Positions 38,480 to 51,800 of a DNA stretch of 64,000 bases are shown piece after piece. Numbering within the stretch: position 1 is the first letter of the stretch; each line of letters opens with the position of its first letter. The position numbers and the translations under genes were made by a program. The notes beneath the pieces were generated by a model. It did not search any database, was not told the origin of the DNA, and worked only from the letters and a program-made list of their open reading frames with translations. The stretch is from Paraphysomonas bandaiensis (lineage: Eukaryota > Protista > Chrysophyceae), in contig CBFFRP010000372.1 of NCBI GenBank assembly GCA_965644295.1, positions 1 through 64,000 on the forward strand, written 5' to 3'.

Positions 38480-40935
38480 CCTAGGGATTAAACAGGCCTC
38501 AGCCGGCTGTAAAGTCATTGTTATCGAGACCCAAATCATACCGACTTTGCTCTATAGAGCCACCAAAGCTTCATGGCCGCTACACTGGTACAGAGAAATT
38601 GACGCTGCTTGCGCAACCCTCTACAGAAAGGCCCTCAGTCTAGGCCCTGGATACCCCACGGAACTGATCTACCTCTCACTCAAGCACAACGGATTAGGTA
38701 TGAAACGTTTCTCAGACTCGGCGCAGGAGCAAAAATGGGGATCTCTACAGCGCACAATAACCCTCGGGGGAGAAGCAGGTCAAGCAGCACATTTTCTACT
38801 CACTCAGACAACAGAGCCACAGCCCCAATACCACCACTATGTTCTCAGCCTCAGGGAATGGGGAACGGAATTGGGCCTTACCCTTCAGCAACCTGAGCCC
38901 CCCGAACCACAGGATGAACACATGCTGACCAATCTAAAACAAGAACTCGGCCTTAATAGCGTCCAACCAGATACTTTCAAGGCAATCTTCACAGATGGAT
39001 CATACACAGTCCACGCGTCGCCTCACTCATGTCAATCCGCGAACACGATGGACACACCGAGGAGGTGCAGCGGTCGTCTACTTACCCCCAGAAAATGCCT
39101 GGGAAGATGGTACAACCATAATACTACGACTAGATACACCCTTTCGTGATGTGCCAGGTTTGGACTCATACGCATATGAACTCATAGGCACAGCCATGGG
39201 GCTTATACTCTCAACACGCATTCCCGAACACATAAGAAGCCACACAGACTGTCAGGCAGTGTGCACCCGTACTGAGGAAGCACTCTCCACAAGACGCAGA
39301 GCTCTCGGTCACCGTGCAAAAGGGGTACTACTCGAAAGCATCGCGGCCAGTAGAGATTGCAAACGACAGGTGACCTGGGTGAGGTCCCATCCCGAACGAC
39401 GTACCACAGATGAAACGGAGTGGACGTTTGAGGACAAGGGCATCTATATTGCGGACGCAGTCGCGGGTGAAGACTGGCATGAAGTCGATCGCATCCTTGG
39501 AAAAAATAACTACACTGTCTGTACAATTGCGATTGACAGTGCCATTGAACGCTTACTAACCGCTGGATTATGGCACTGGCGTTTGCACAGTACAAGACGG
39601 CCATACTACTCTAGCCCACTCCTTACTGATTTCCAAGATCTCTGCGACCTAAGGACACTTGAGAACTACACTTCAACCAGAGATCAACGCTACGGACACA
39701 ATCCTGATCGAGCGCCTGGCTACTGGACCAATAGCGGAGTATACCTCCCGCGCAAACTAGCTCAAGCGGATGGCAGTGCATCCAAAGACAAACTCAGCTC
39801 AAATCTACGCCAAAGAATTCTCAACACGGCACTGACATGGGACAAATCTTTCTGCATAGGGAGGAACCGGGCCAAAACCAAACAGGGGCTTGACCTGACC
39901 AAAGCCGCATGCTCTGACTGCGGGTTTCGGCTAGATTCCCTAAAACATATGTGCCTCGACTGCACACATGAATCCATCACCCAAATAAGGGAAACTGCAT
40001 TTCAATCGCATAAAAATGTGCTACACGAAATACAGAGAACTCAGACCTTACCCAACTGGATCACATCTGCACTGCGGAGACTCTCCAACAGAGCCTGGAA
40101 TCCCTCCATCCCACAGGTCGAGAGATACTGGACTGGAACCATCACAGCAGCCCAACTGGAAACGGTCTTCGGAGATGACATACACAACCACCTGACTGCT
40201 CACAGTCTACGGAACCTAGAAACAGTGGTTATTAATCTCCTGCAACCGCTTTACACTGCAGCGAAGCTTATGTTACAGGATCGCGGTTGTCGCTATATCA
40301 CCATGTCCAAAAGGCCGCCCAGGCTACTCCCGAGACCCCGTCCGAAACGCAGTCAGTCAAGACAACGTCCGAGAGTCCTTCGACTACTAGGGGTCCAACG
40401 AAGACCCCCCACAGCGTATCCGACTCCACGTGCACACCTCACAGGTCCCACCCGACAGAGCACTGGACTGCCCAGACCTCCACAAAGCCGATGGCTTCGA
40501 CAACTCTATCTACACCCGCGGCCCCACAGGAGCACAGTAGCACAGACTACAAACCCAACTCCTCCTCCCAACAATCCCCACCACTCTCAACCCACACATC
40601 TGGAACTAGGTGCACTCAGGACCCTAATTCAGAATGCTGAGCCCCCTCCAAAACCACTGGAGACCCATCCCAAAGGGAGACCCCCAGATCAAAAGCGCCG
40701 GTGAGTCCACGGACACACGATAAAGGCGAATTTCATATCACACAAAAAGAACGGAAGTGGTTGCACCTTGGTGCTTGCGGCGACGCACAAGCAGCTTTCG
40801 TAGCGTTAAATAGTAGGATAAAAGAGTTTGTATTGATTAGTTACGGGTAGTGGTCTAACTAGTATGACTAGCATTCTTCTAGCCACTAATTGATGCAAGG
40901 TCTCAACGCCTATTGCTAAATAATCAGACATTCAC
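38480..40935 (+). mobile_element. 5'-truncated non-LTR retrotransposon: post-RT region, RNase H, CCHC finger, Pro/Arg-rich tail, 3' UTR
   Basis: LIYLSLKHNGLGM, AIFTDGSY..YELIG..HTDCQ..WVRSHPE..ADAVA, CSDC..HMCLDC; one frameshift near 39040; TSD core TCTTAGAGAACC (38468-38479, 40940-40951). Confidence 0.92.
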
Positions 40936-42469
40936 TACTTCTTAGAGAACCATATGTATTTCAACACCGACAGCGTTAGGAAAGAGGTTCTTTACTGGTG
41001 CAAAATAGACTTAAACATAGCGTTTCAATAAGGTAACTCTAACCGTCTTCCCACTGGCTCTAGTGTGGTCTTGTCCGGTCCTACGTTGTGGGTTGTGGTA
41101 TCCGCAAAAACATGTATGTATCTTCCTTCTAATATAAGTAGACTTCACACACGAAGAACATTCATTAACCTGAGCACCCAATACACAACTCTCAAGTGAA
41201 AGGGATGAATGATGGCGTTTCCGACAGATATCAAGAAGACTTAGAGGAGCATGAGCCACTCAAGCCCACCAGGAATTTCATATTGGACTTCAGATTATAG
41301 CTATACATAAAGGGTTGTTGACTAGTAGAGAGTTAAATATTATTCATATTGGGAGTACAATGCAGCTTATACTATATAGTCTTGCGATATATATTATGCA
41401 TTTTAAACTCTACATAAATGCCTAGTCTGTAGCCTATTGAATTCAGTTAAACCCCATATTTTCGTTGTTTTGAGCATGTTTGAAATTTTGTTCTGATTAT
41501 GATAATGATGCACACATACAATTCCCAGTTAATTTAGTACACAGTTCCTTTCATTATGATTTTTACTAATTTGATTATTAACTAGCAGTTGTCATCACCA
41601 TATCCAATATTTTCAACATTCTTTCAGCATTAATAAATTTATTTATTTAATACACAGAATATTACATATATATATATATGTATACAGAATATAATATAAT
41701 ATGATACTTTCTAACATTTTAATGTTTATCTGTGCATTGCTTCTCTAGAACCATATTTACGCCCCATCTTAGATCTAGCCACTCTGGGTGCGCACAGCTC
41801 ACGCTAGGGGAAAAATAACCAAGACGTGCTACGTATAGGCAATATGAAAACATTCCTTACTTTTTGGCAAAAGGGATCTCGACAATCTTCTTACGTGAAT
41901 TTAATACGTTATCTTTCAATACCACAGTAGTACCTTTTTGTCCTCTCTCGACCGAATGTCTGAAATAACTGAAATACCTTTCCTTCACGACCTTTCTTTC
42001 TCTGTATTTCACTGTAATCTTCTTATCGTTTCGTCTACCCATACATCATAATATATGTACCCCAGCAACCGTAAAACCCAACAACACAACCGTAAAAATC
42101 TCTGCTATAGCAATATGTTCAAGTGTCAGGGGAAAAGACTCAAGAAATGCTCAAGAAATAAGACATTCAATTATATACTCTCCACGAGAACGCTCTCTGT
42201 GCTCTACAAGATTTGTGTCCTGCCAAAGTGGGGTGCATGTATTGTGCACCCTTGGACAAGTATGTGGACGACGACGACTAATAAGATGTAGGCAATATAA
42301 TATGATTCGTTGAGAAGAAGTCGAGTTCCTGCCAGCTCTATTCAAGTTCGGCAGATATGCCAACACTTAGCACCTTGAGAATATCTCCACACATTCGGTT
42401 TATAATTTATAGTCGTCTATACTTGACTACGTCAGCATCTCCAGGAGGGCTGGGTGTCACCTCAATTGA

Positions 42470-43160
42470 AGATGTCAAGTATATATCAAACTTCTGCTTG
42501 CTCACGGTGTTTTTTTTAGTGATTGAGTAAAAGTGGTTGCACCTTGGTGCTTGCGGTGACGCACAACCAGCTTTCGTAGCGTTAAATAGTAGGATATCGC
42601 CCTCAACAAAGTCGGACTTGCACCTTTTCGTGGTGTTCTGGAGGACAAGTACCGGAGAGATTCTCTCTGGGAACTAATGTGAGCCGCAAACATAGTCAGC
42701 AGATATTCTTCTGCCCACTCATAATAGCCGAATGCTTGTGTGGTAAAAGGAACACCAATAAGTGTCACTTGTGTTGACGTCTTTGAGCCCTGACGAATAA
42801 ACAGGCATCCGGGAATGGGCCCACCTCAAGGGCATTCGGGACAGGGCCCACCTGAAGGGTAGTAACCGGGGTATTGGGCTGCCTGCTGAGATCAAGCATC
42901 CGGGATGCTCACCTTAAGAACTCAGGGCGGAATTGGCCGCACCTTGGTGCTTGCGGCGACGCACAAGCAGCTTCGGTAGCGTTAAATAGTAGGATAAAAA
43001 AGTGTGTACTGATTAGTTACAGGTAGAGGTCTAACTAGTTTGTCTAGCATTCATCTAGCTACTAAGTTGGTGCAGCTTTTTAACACCTATTGCTAATAAT
43101 AGGACTTTCAATATAGTTGGGTATCAGAGTTAAGCATTAAGCACTGACCCTTAAACGCCC
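42470..43160 (+). mobile_element. Short R+S retroelement copy (42600-~43110) inserted into an older S tail
   Basis: S (42532-42597), R (42600-42920), S (42938-43110); degenerate flanking repeat ATAGT(A/T)GG(A/G)TATC; the interrupted S resumes at TATCAGAGTTAAGCA. Confidence 0.8.
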
Positions 43161-44397
43161 ATTGCTATTAATAATACATTCAATACAACTATTTCAGGTC
43201 GTCGTAAAAGCACTCATGTAACGCCGGCTTTCAGCATCCACCACTGCGTAATTATTACCAGACCAAGATGCCAACTAAAAAACTCCAACACTTCTCTACA
43301 TTGGACCTAAACTTTCTGCAAGAAGTCCTTCATCCACTCACCTCCGAGCCACTTAGGACAACGTCATGGGGTAAGGGAATGTCACTATATAGTCAAAATC
43401 GTAAGGAAGTGGATGCACCGTGGTGCTTGCCATAAGGCCCATGTAGTACCTGTTGCAAATTTTTCGATATAAATATATGTTGACAGAACAATTGCATCCC
43501 GGAAGAAGCCCTTGCAAGTTTCAAGAGATTGGAGTACTCGGAGGATAGCGTACCCGTGCCGTGTTTCCACCGATAGACAATGGGACGATACAGAGGATGA
43601 CACTAGCGCTGTGGATAAGAAAATTAATACAAAAGGGAACCCATAAAGGTCAAAGTCGCAACTGTTCTTTGAGGTCCTTTAGGCGAGCTATGATCTCCTG
43701 GCGTGGGAACCTTGGAAGAATGTCTGTCAGACAACAGCTCTTTTGTCTTATCTACGACTGCAATCTAACGCTCAGGCCAGGGATCTTTCGCCCAAGAAGA
43801 GAAAAACGAGTTCAGGATCGAGAGACCTGTCCTGCGATGCCTCCTCAGTCGACATGAGAGGTTAATAAGTGGAAGGCAGATTAAAGACGAAAAGCGCCTA
43901 CGATGAGGTTCTCATGACCACAGGATAATACTGGTTACAGTGCTCTTTTTCGCTGTTTGATAAGAGAGGGATAGTGTTGCACTAGAACCCACATATATTT
44001 CTATGGAATCATATGACTCGAAGGATACAACTCACTTCAGTCTCTTGTATGCATATGAGCGACTTGGTTGTGTATGCACATGTATAGGTATACGCAAGAA
44101 TACAATAGGAATACAAAAAGAATGCGACCAACTTACTTTCTTGCTTGCTTTCACTGACAAGATGGTCTCTTCTGTCTGCATTGTTGGACTTGACTTCATC
44201 ACTGAGACACAACAGTAGCATTTTCACACATATGACTGGGCGCCCCGTACTCATGTATCGTACAGCATCATACGATCGGGGCTGAGATCGGTGCATCTGT
44301 GTGTTCTCTCAGGGGACTGTAATTATAGTATAGCTTTTGGCCACTATCAGGGAGTATAATTAACTAGGGGCCCATCCCATGACCCTGTAACAACCAA

Positions 44398-45925
44398 ATG
44401 CTGTTACCTTTATTTCTGGTGATAGAGCTGATGTGTTTGATAGCTGTGGGAGGCAGTCAGGAGTCTTCTGGTTATCTACAGGGCTCCCAAATATTATCTG
44501 CATATCACTCATATCTGACTACATTCGGAAAGAGTATGTCAAGACTGGATGACGTAGAGAGGATAAAAGCCTTTACGTCAACAATGAATAAGCTTTACTT
44601 CATGGATATCTCTCTCAGTAATGCGACATATACAGTTCGTCTCAATGATTTCGCGGATATGACTGAAAATGAGTTCGGTCGAATGTTTTCTAAACCAATC
44701 GCTACTCACAGCACTATTCAAGTTCAGAAAAACGGTAGCTATATCCGGAACGTGGACAATAGGTCACGAAAAGTTGCAGAGCTTCCTCAGGCGTTGAACT
44801 GGGCGACCTCAGCTAATCCTGTCGGTGAAAGCGTAACTCCTGGTGTTCAGAACCAGGGTGCTTGTGGCGCATGCTGGGCATTCACCGCCATAGGTGCAAC
44901 TGAGGCGTCAGTAGCTATAAATACTGGAAAGAAGGTTTGTATGAATATCACTATTTACATTGCCAACACGTCATATGCGTTTCGCAGGTGTCTCTTAGTG
45001 TGCAGGAGCTGGTAGACTGTGACCGGTCATTCAACTCTGGTTGTGGGGGTGGCAATGCCGGTGTCGCCTATGATTACATCAAAGAGCATGGTGTGGCGGC
45101 TGCTGGAGCCTGGCCATACACTGGTGAACCTGAGGTCTGCTACAGAGAGGCAGGCCCTGTTTCGGAACAGGCAGCGTCTGGACTGGCCCCTGTGGCCACC
45201 ATATCGTCTCACCTAACTCTTCCCCCTCGGGATGAGGAGAGGATGATATTACATCTTGCCGAATTTGGTCCTCTGTCGGTGGGTATCTGTGGTACTGATC
45301 TCCGATTTGTGTACTATGGAGGGGGCGTCTTCAATCCCTCAGACTGTTGCACTCAGCTGAACCATGCAATTCTTATTGTGGGATACGGTAGACCGGCTCT
45401 ACTTATTACATCGGTATACTTACATTATATCAGGGCATGATCATTCCACGGGGCTGGACTACTGGATAGGCCAGAACAGCTGGGGTGCGCGCTGGGGAGA
45501 GAGCGGGTTTATACGTCTTCAGAGGGGAGTTAGGGTTCCGGCTGGACAATGTGGTATTGCCCTGTCCGTTTCTTTACCAGTAGGAGGAAGGCTATTATCT
45601 AGCCGTGCCGGAGAGGCCAAGCTGCGAGCATCCCATTCCTGGATAAATGATTTGAAAGACTGGGCCATGCTTCATTTGCAGGTAGTGATACTTGCCCATA
45701 AGTAATGTGCACTGGAGTGACGCCGTATATGACCAGGATATAATGTTTGTGACTTCTGGTGTGATGCTAGCAGTGTCTGTCGCTCTCTTTGGATATGGTT
45801 TTTATTTGGATCAGCAACTTGCTCGACAGGAGCAGCAGTATAGGGCCAATGAAATGACAGCGCTGCTCAGTGGTGGTGGACGTTGCAACGGAAGGGGTAT
45901 GGCTAATTCCTACGAGGCGACCTGA
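44398..45925 (+). CDS. Papain-family (C1A) cysteine protease with I29 prodomain and C-terminal transmembrane helix; multi-exon
   Basis: Signal peptide, LNDFADMT, QNQGACGACWAF, LSVQELVDCD, LNHAILIVGYG, YWIGQNSWG; last exon IMFVTSGVMLAVSVALFGYGF. Confidence 0.93.
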
Positions 45926-46559
45926 GGCTGTGGCTGAGCACAGAACTAACGTCACTTATAGATGGTATCTTGCATGATGTACGTCATATTTGTCGTTAGA
46001 ATGCAACGACCTTATTCTTTATACACGGTAATCTATTACACATTTGTACTAGGTTACTACAAGTCAGAATAGCAAACTCTTTGACGAAAAATAGGAATCT
46101 CCAATACGAGTTTGATAATTTCGCCACTCCATATTTTGGACTGCAGTTCTTTTAGTTCATTGAAACAATTTGTTGGATAAATAAAAAACTATATTGTCGC
46201 ATGTCAACTGCGTTACGGAACTCATCTACCGACTGGGAACTAGTCTATTCATCACGGTTTGGGTAGGCTCCGATGGTGTCCCATTTAGACTAGTATAGGA
46301 TGATAACGATGATTGATTGTATTATTCCTGATTGTCTGATGATGATGTCAGAAAGGATAGTGAAAAGTGGAGGAAGGAGAAATAGTAATTGAAAGCACTC
46401 TTGTCGTTCGCATTGACAGAAATAGTACCCGACCTTAACAGACCTAGTTCTGTTGCGCAGTCCCACTCTCCTCAATCAGATGTTGCCTCTTTTGCACCAT
46501 TTCACTCCCTCTCGACTCCCTGTTGCTGGACACACCGGATGACCCTCATATCCCACCCC

Positions 46560-47160
46560 TGTCCAGCTATACACTCTCTTGCATGTGCTCTCTACCGCTG
46601 GCTAAGACAGCAAAAGAGTCGATTTCGACGCTTCTTCACAGTAGGCCACAACCTTTTGCAAGACCTTCATCCACATACCTCCGAGCCACTTGGCACAATA
46701 CCTAAAGGAAGGCCACCAGATTGCCAATATAAGCAGGGTATAGTACTGTTTCCCCTGATTGCTGTGAGGTACATAAGGCAGTCCCCGATGCAAATTGCAC
46801 ACAATGTATGTGTAGTCTTAAGCGTTCCAGTGTTGTAGTAGTAAACTTAGATCACTGCTTTCACTTGTCATGCTGTACGTTGCACAACGTGTCCCCTACA
46901 TACACATCTATCATATAGCGCCGGTGAGTCCTAGGACACACGACAATGGCGAAACTCGCAATCAACATCAAGAACAGAAGTGGTTGCACCTTGGTGCTTG
47001 CGGCGACGCACAAGCAGCTTCTGTAGCGTTAAATAGTAGGATAATGGAATTTGTGCTGATTAGTTATGGGTAGAGGTCTAACTAGTATGTCTAGCATTCA
47101 TCTAGCCACTATATTGGTACAGATTTTTAACGCCTATTGCTAAATAAAAAGACTTTCAAT
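46560..47160 (+). mobile_element. LINE 3' end fragments
   Basis: PKGRPPD at 46701-46721; 46917-47160 matches 40695-40935. Confidence 0.8.
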
Positions 47161-47454
47161 ATAAATTTAATACACTCATCACTCAGTAATCTATGATTAA
47201 GAATATGATCAACTTTATTGTCATTTTCACTACATTACGATATTTCTACTACCAATGAATTTCAACAGATCTTAGATTGTCACGATCTTTTACAGTCAAT
47301 ATTATATTACTTCAGTGGTAGCATATGTCTGAGTTAGGAGTCCTGTACCTATATTGGTACAGGTTTTTAACGCCTATTGCTAAATAATAAGACTTTCAAT
47401 ATATGAGTTAGGACTCAGAACTAATGTTTGACTTCAGCACTCAATACCCCGAAA

Positions 47455-47521
47455 GTCCTTGAGGTTGGCCTGTTTATTCGTCAAGGACCAAAGACGTCTA
47501 CACAAGACTGACACTTATTCT
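47455..47521 (-). repeat. Internal fragment of head R
   Basis: CTGTTTATTCGTCAAGGACCAAAGACGTCTACACAAGACTGACAC matches 35057-35101. Confidence 0.75.
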
Positions 47522-47539
47522 GGTCCATTAACGGCTACC

Positions 47540-48523
47540 AGACCCTGTAACAATTAATGGCCCATTAATGATAGTCCAGTTTCCGGCAATTATAATAGCA
47601 TTATTGAAAAATGTCTCGGCAATTACAATGGCCCATTAGTTGCCATTAATACCGCTCATAATAGATAGTGTGGTGCTCCTTTAATTACTAATTTAGTGTA
47701 ATAACAGACTACGAGTTGTAACTACTTCTCGCTCTCCACTGGCACATCAGGATCTTCGTGCCGGGCTTCCTGGAGAGGGCATATAAGCATTCCACAACAT
47801 GTAATTGACTCGTAGGAATAGCAACGATTCTAGACGATATATATGGATTCATGTTTCTACGCTCAGGTTTCACAATCAGACTACAGAGCCTCTCAACAAC
47901 AACATTGGATTGTGCTTCGATATAAAGCAAGCAGCGGTAGCTGGACTCATAGGTCAACCTGTCCAGAACACCCAGGCTGTGCAAAGTTCCTGCACTCTTT
48001 TGTCGCGATTGCTGTCGGATGAAAGAAAATTTGCATTCTTAAACGTCTTTAGAACTTTCATCAAGGAATACCAGTTTGCTTGCTCAGTTTCAAAACAAAC
48101 ATATAGCCCGAACGAAGGAAGGTGACTCAGTGGTCCTGCGAATTTACTCGGAAGAAGACTCTCTAAATTACACTGCTACCATTGTTTTTGACCATCATCG
48201 TTGCTTAATATATGGTATATTTATGGAGTATAATTATTTTGCTTAGTTGTGTACTGCAGCTTCTTTCAACTTTGGGGGAAAAAACATTTTCTAGGTGCAT
48301 ATTCTCAATGCACACTTATAGCATTAAGTTTGCCGCTGGTAATGAATAAAGTTGCCACAAAATAGCTGTAGAGTTGCATGAACATTGTTTAGATTTCACT
48401 TAGTTCTATATATATAATATATATATCAAGTGCAAGTACATTCCATTACTGCTCCATTAGTGGTAGCGGCCATTATAATAATGCATTATTGAAAATTGCC
48501 ACTAACAACAGTTACCAGGCCCT
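47540..48523 (-). mobile_element. Decayed hAT-like element
   Basis: QSNVVVERLCS..PERRNMNP resembles the hAT dimerisation motif; terminus TACCAGGCCCTG at 48512-48523; subterminal CCATTA repeats. Confidence 0.5.
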
Positions 48524-48861
48524 GGTGGATACATTTCTCGTCAATAGATACGTTGCGTGGATATCCAATTACAGTCAGCTATATTTTTCTCTACAAAATG
48601 GATAGTGAGTATTATTATATGTCAAAATATTGTCATCTTTATACGCTGAGAGCACGTGCCTACAACGTCTTTTAAAATTTACAGTACTTCCCAGACCGAT
48701 AATACAGCTATCTTTATACTTACACAATTTTCATCGGATATACTACAAAATAAAGAGTATTATTCGAAAAATTGACTTCGAGCGACATAACAAGACAGGT
48801 ACTTCAAACAGGAAATTTACAAGAAGGCTACTCAATGGTTATAGACGAAATATATCTAAGA

Positions 48862-51800
48862 CTAACTATTGTACTGACCAACGTCCTCGATTGATCTTCT
48901 AGGATTACTTGATGTTGAACCTCTATGGTTAATCGCCGAAACATGGCTTGAATACGCTACACTCAGCCTTCTCAGATCTGGGCCATGCGTTTGTAGTGTA
49001 TTGGATAAACTGCTTTCTATTTCCATGCACCGCTCAAGAAAACTTGCCTTGTTTTCGACCATGTCAGATGGTTGCTGTATGTCGTAGAAAAAAGACTCAA
49101 GCTTTTTCACCACTGTTGTCAAAGCTGTCTCCAGCGACTTCATTCGTTTCACAAACATGGCATCTACAATTTTCTTTGAGGCATTGCGCTTCTTCTTCAA
49201 TTGCTTTTCTAGGTACAGCTGGTGAACATCCCAGAATGTATTGGCAGCGACAGTAAGAGGCATTGCCAGGTAAAAAGCACCAAATAGCATTAGAAAAATA
49301 CTCATGACTTGACCAATATTCGTAACAGGAACAATTTCACCGTAACCCACAGAAGTCAGAGTCACAATAGAAAACCAGAGCGCATCTAACACATTGGAAA
49401 ACTTGGTTTCCTCCCCCAGTTTATTTATTAATATACGTTGTCCATTCTTAACAGTTCCAGTAATATCATCAGGAACATCGCAGTTGCTGTCGCCCACGTA
49501 ACATGCAGTCCCTTTTTCTACCTCATAAAGCAAGAGTGCAAAAACAATAACTATGAAAAAGAGCAACGAAAGAATTCCCACGATCTGTCGCCACGCTTTG
49601 TTTGCAGTAGCCACAAGCACCTGGGAGGCGCTGAAGTGTCTCGTCATCTTGAAAAGTCGGAAAACCTATGAGAAAATGAGCAATAGAAAAGCGACTCATA
49701 GAAAACAGAACACGACTTCGTAAATCTGTATTACTAGTAGAGTAGCCAAGAGCACGTACTACTCACCTTCATGGACTTTAAAGTGACCAATAGAATAGGT
49801 TCTGGAGAGGAGGCAAGAATGGCAAAGTCCAGGTTAAATCCGGTCTCCCTCATGGCGGTTATCACATCGATATAAAAGGGAACAACGGAGAGTATGTCAA
49901 ATACATTTAAAAAGTCCACAAAAAAGCCGTACATGGAATTTGAGACAAGCATTCGCAGTACGATTTCCACTGTGAAGCATAAGTTAACGAATATCTCAAG
50001 CGGAACCCAGCCAAGATTTCCATTCACAATTTGGCTTGAGTCATACTTGCACTCAATGCGTGTACACACCGCCTGAATCTGGTGCATTTTGTCACGGGAC
50101 ACAATGAAGTCAGGCGCCCTAAAATTATGGGTGAGCTCGTCGCTGGTTTCGAAGGGAAGGTTGTCCTTGTTGGCACAAGACACATTCGTGTACCTTGCCC
50201 CAAAATTAACGCCGTGTCCAAAACAATCCCTGTCACTGCAACCGAATCGCAGTTTCTGATTGGTGACGCCCGAAGAATTGTGTACAAAACAACCAGCATC
50301 AAGTGCAGTATCATCCTTGTTCATGCAGTACACTCGAAGTACCTTTCCACAAAGTTCTGAATCCTCCCCATACTTAGAGAAGGTAGGAAGTGTCTGTGTG
50401 TAGAGCATTAGCACTGAAAGAAGGATCAAGGAAAGGAAGAAAAATTGCAGTACACGCGCTCCTTTAGATGAATGGGGGAACTCTAGAATCATCCATACCC
50501 TTGTGCGTAAGGACTTCGGGTTCAGGACGGCGCGTTCCATGTTTCTTGCGAAATCTTCACCATCTCCCCGCATATTAGCAATATCAGGGGCGGCCTTGGC
50601 CATCTTGACAATAAAAGAAGTAGTTCCACGACTCTTGTTTCCGGGCTTCAGAAGCTTCCGGGTCATGGTGAGGGTCATCTCACCGCTGGAAAGCTTGCTG
50701 ATACCACGCAATGCTCTCGATACCTCCCGCATACCCAAACGAGTCCGCATAGCCTGCTGGTTAGGGACCGTCAACTCCCGACGATTGAAGTCCGGATTGT
50801 GCTTTGGTTGGGGTCTCCGCTTCATTTCAACTCCCTTTTTCTCCTCGTGGGCTCCAATCTGAGCCCTTGCACCTGGCCGCAGCTCGTCCTCACTTTTGCT
50901 GCTTCCTCTCTCTTCGTCTACATCTTCATCATACTCTTTCACAACATCTGTATCCGGACAACCTGCGTCGGTGTCTTTGCTGACAAAAGAGTTGCTGTCC
51001 TCTTCTTCACAAACTGGAGCCACAGTGCGGGCGACCTTCGATTTTGAAGGAGAACCGGATGAGAATGGCCAAAAACTCGATCGCAGAGGGTGACCGTGGA
51101 TTATACGGGAAAATACTGAAGTGCGCACCTCTACATCCCCCGCACCTTGTTGTTGGGTCTGGCTTCCAGAAGTTACGCACCCATCTGACACATCATCACC
51201 TTCCTCGCCGACTGGTGCCAGTACGCGCATGAACTCATGCTTCGGATCTCTTCCTCCAGTCGCATGATCTGGAGCCGAGGAGCTATTTCGAAATACACTT
51301 ATCTTCCGTTGCTCTTTAGCCACTTCTCCGTCAGACAAAGCAGTAACCGCGGTGTTTATATTGTACACCAGCGGAGCTATCCATCCTCTAAGCTCACATA
51401 CTGTCAGCAACATCGCGGGAGTCATCTTTTGGGCTGATCGTAACATGACTTGCAGTTCTGAAAGTGACTTCTCTACGTTACGCCGACACTCCATTAAAGG
51501 AGACAACATCGCATGGTCCATAAGATTGTTTATATCCGGGGAGGTAGTGGTACCCCACTCGCTTGCCTTTCGCCCCTCTGGTGCCGAAACACCACCAACT
51601 GCAGTTTTACCTTTCTCCCCCTGTAAGAACCGTCCCTCTGATTCCTGTACCCCATCTGCGGCCTTTTCTATGATCTCCGCGTTTCTCTCCTCTGTGAGAC
51701 TCTCCCAGGCACTGCTATACTCATTACCAATAATTGCCAGGGGCATCGACATGAAGAGAGACCCGAACAGCATTATCACAACTGACACCACCCGTGAAGG

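Noticed and set aside
40660-40704. RPPD as a restriction-like endonuclease R.PD motif
   Set aside because: It is terminal, with no downstream D/E-x-K residues.
47110-47401. ~50-bp direct repeat as LTRs
   Set aside because: Both are copies of the LINE 3' terminal segment.
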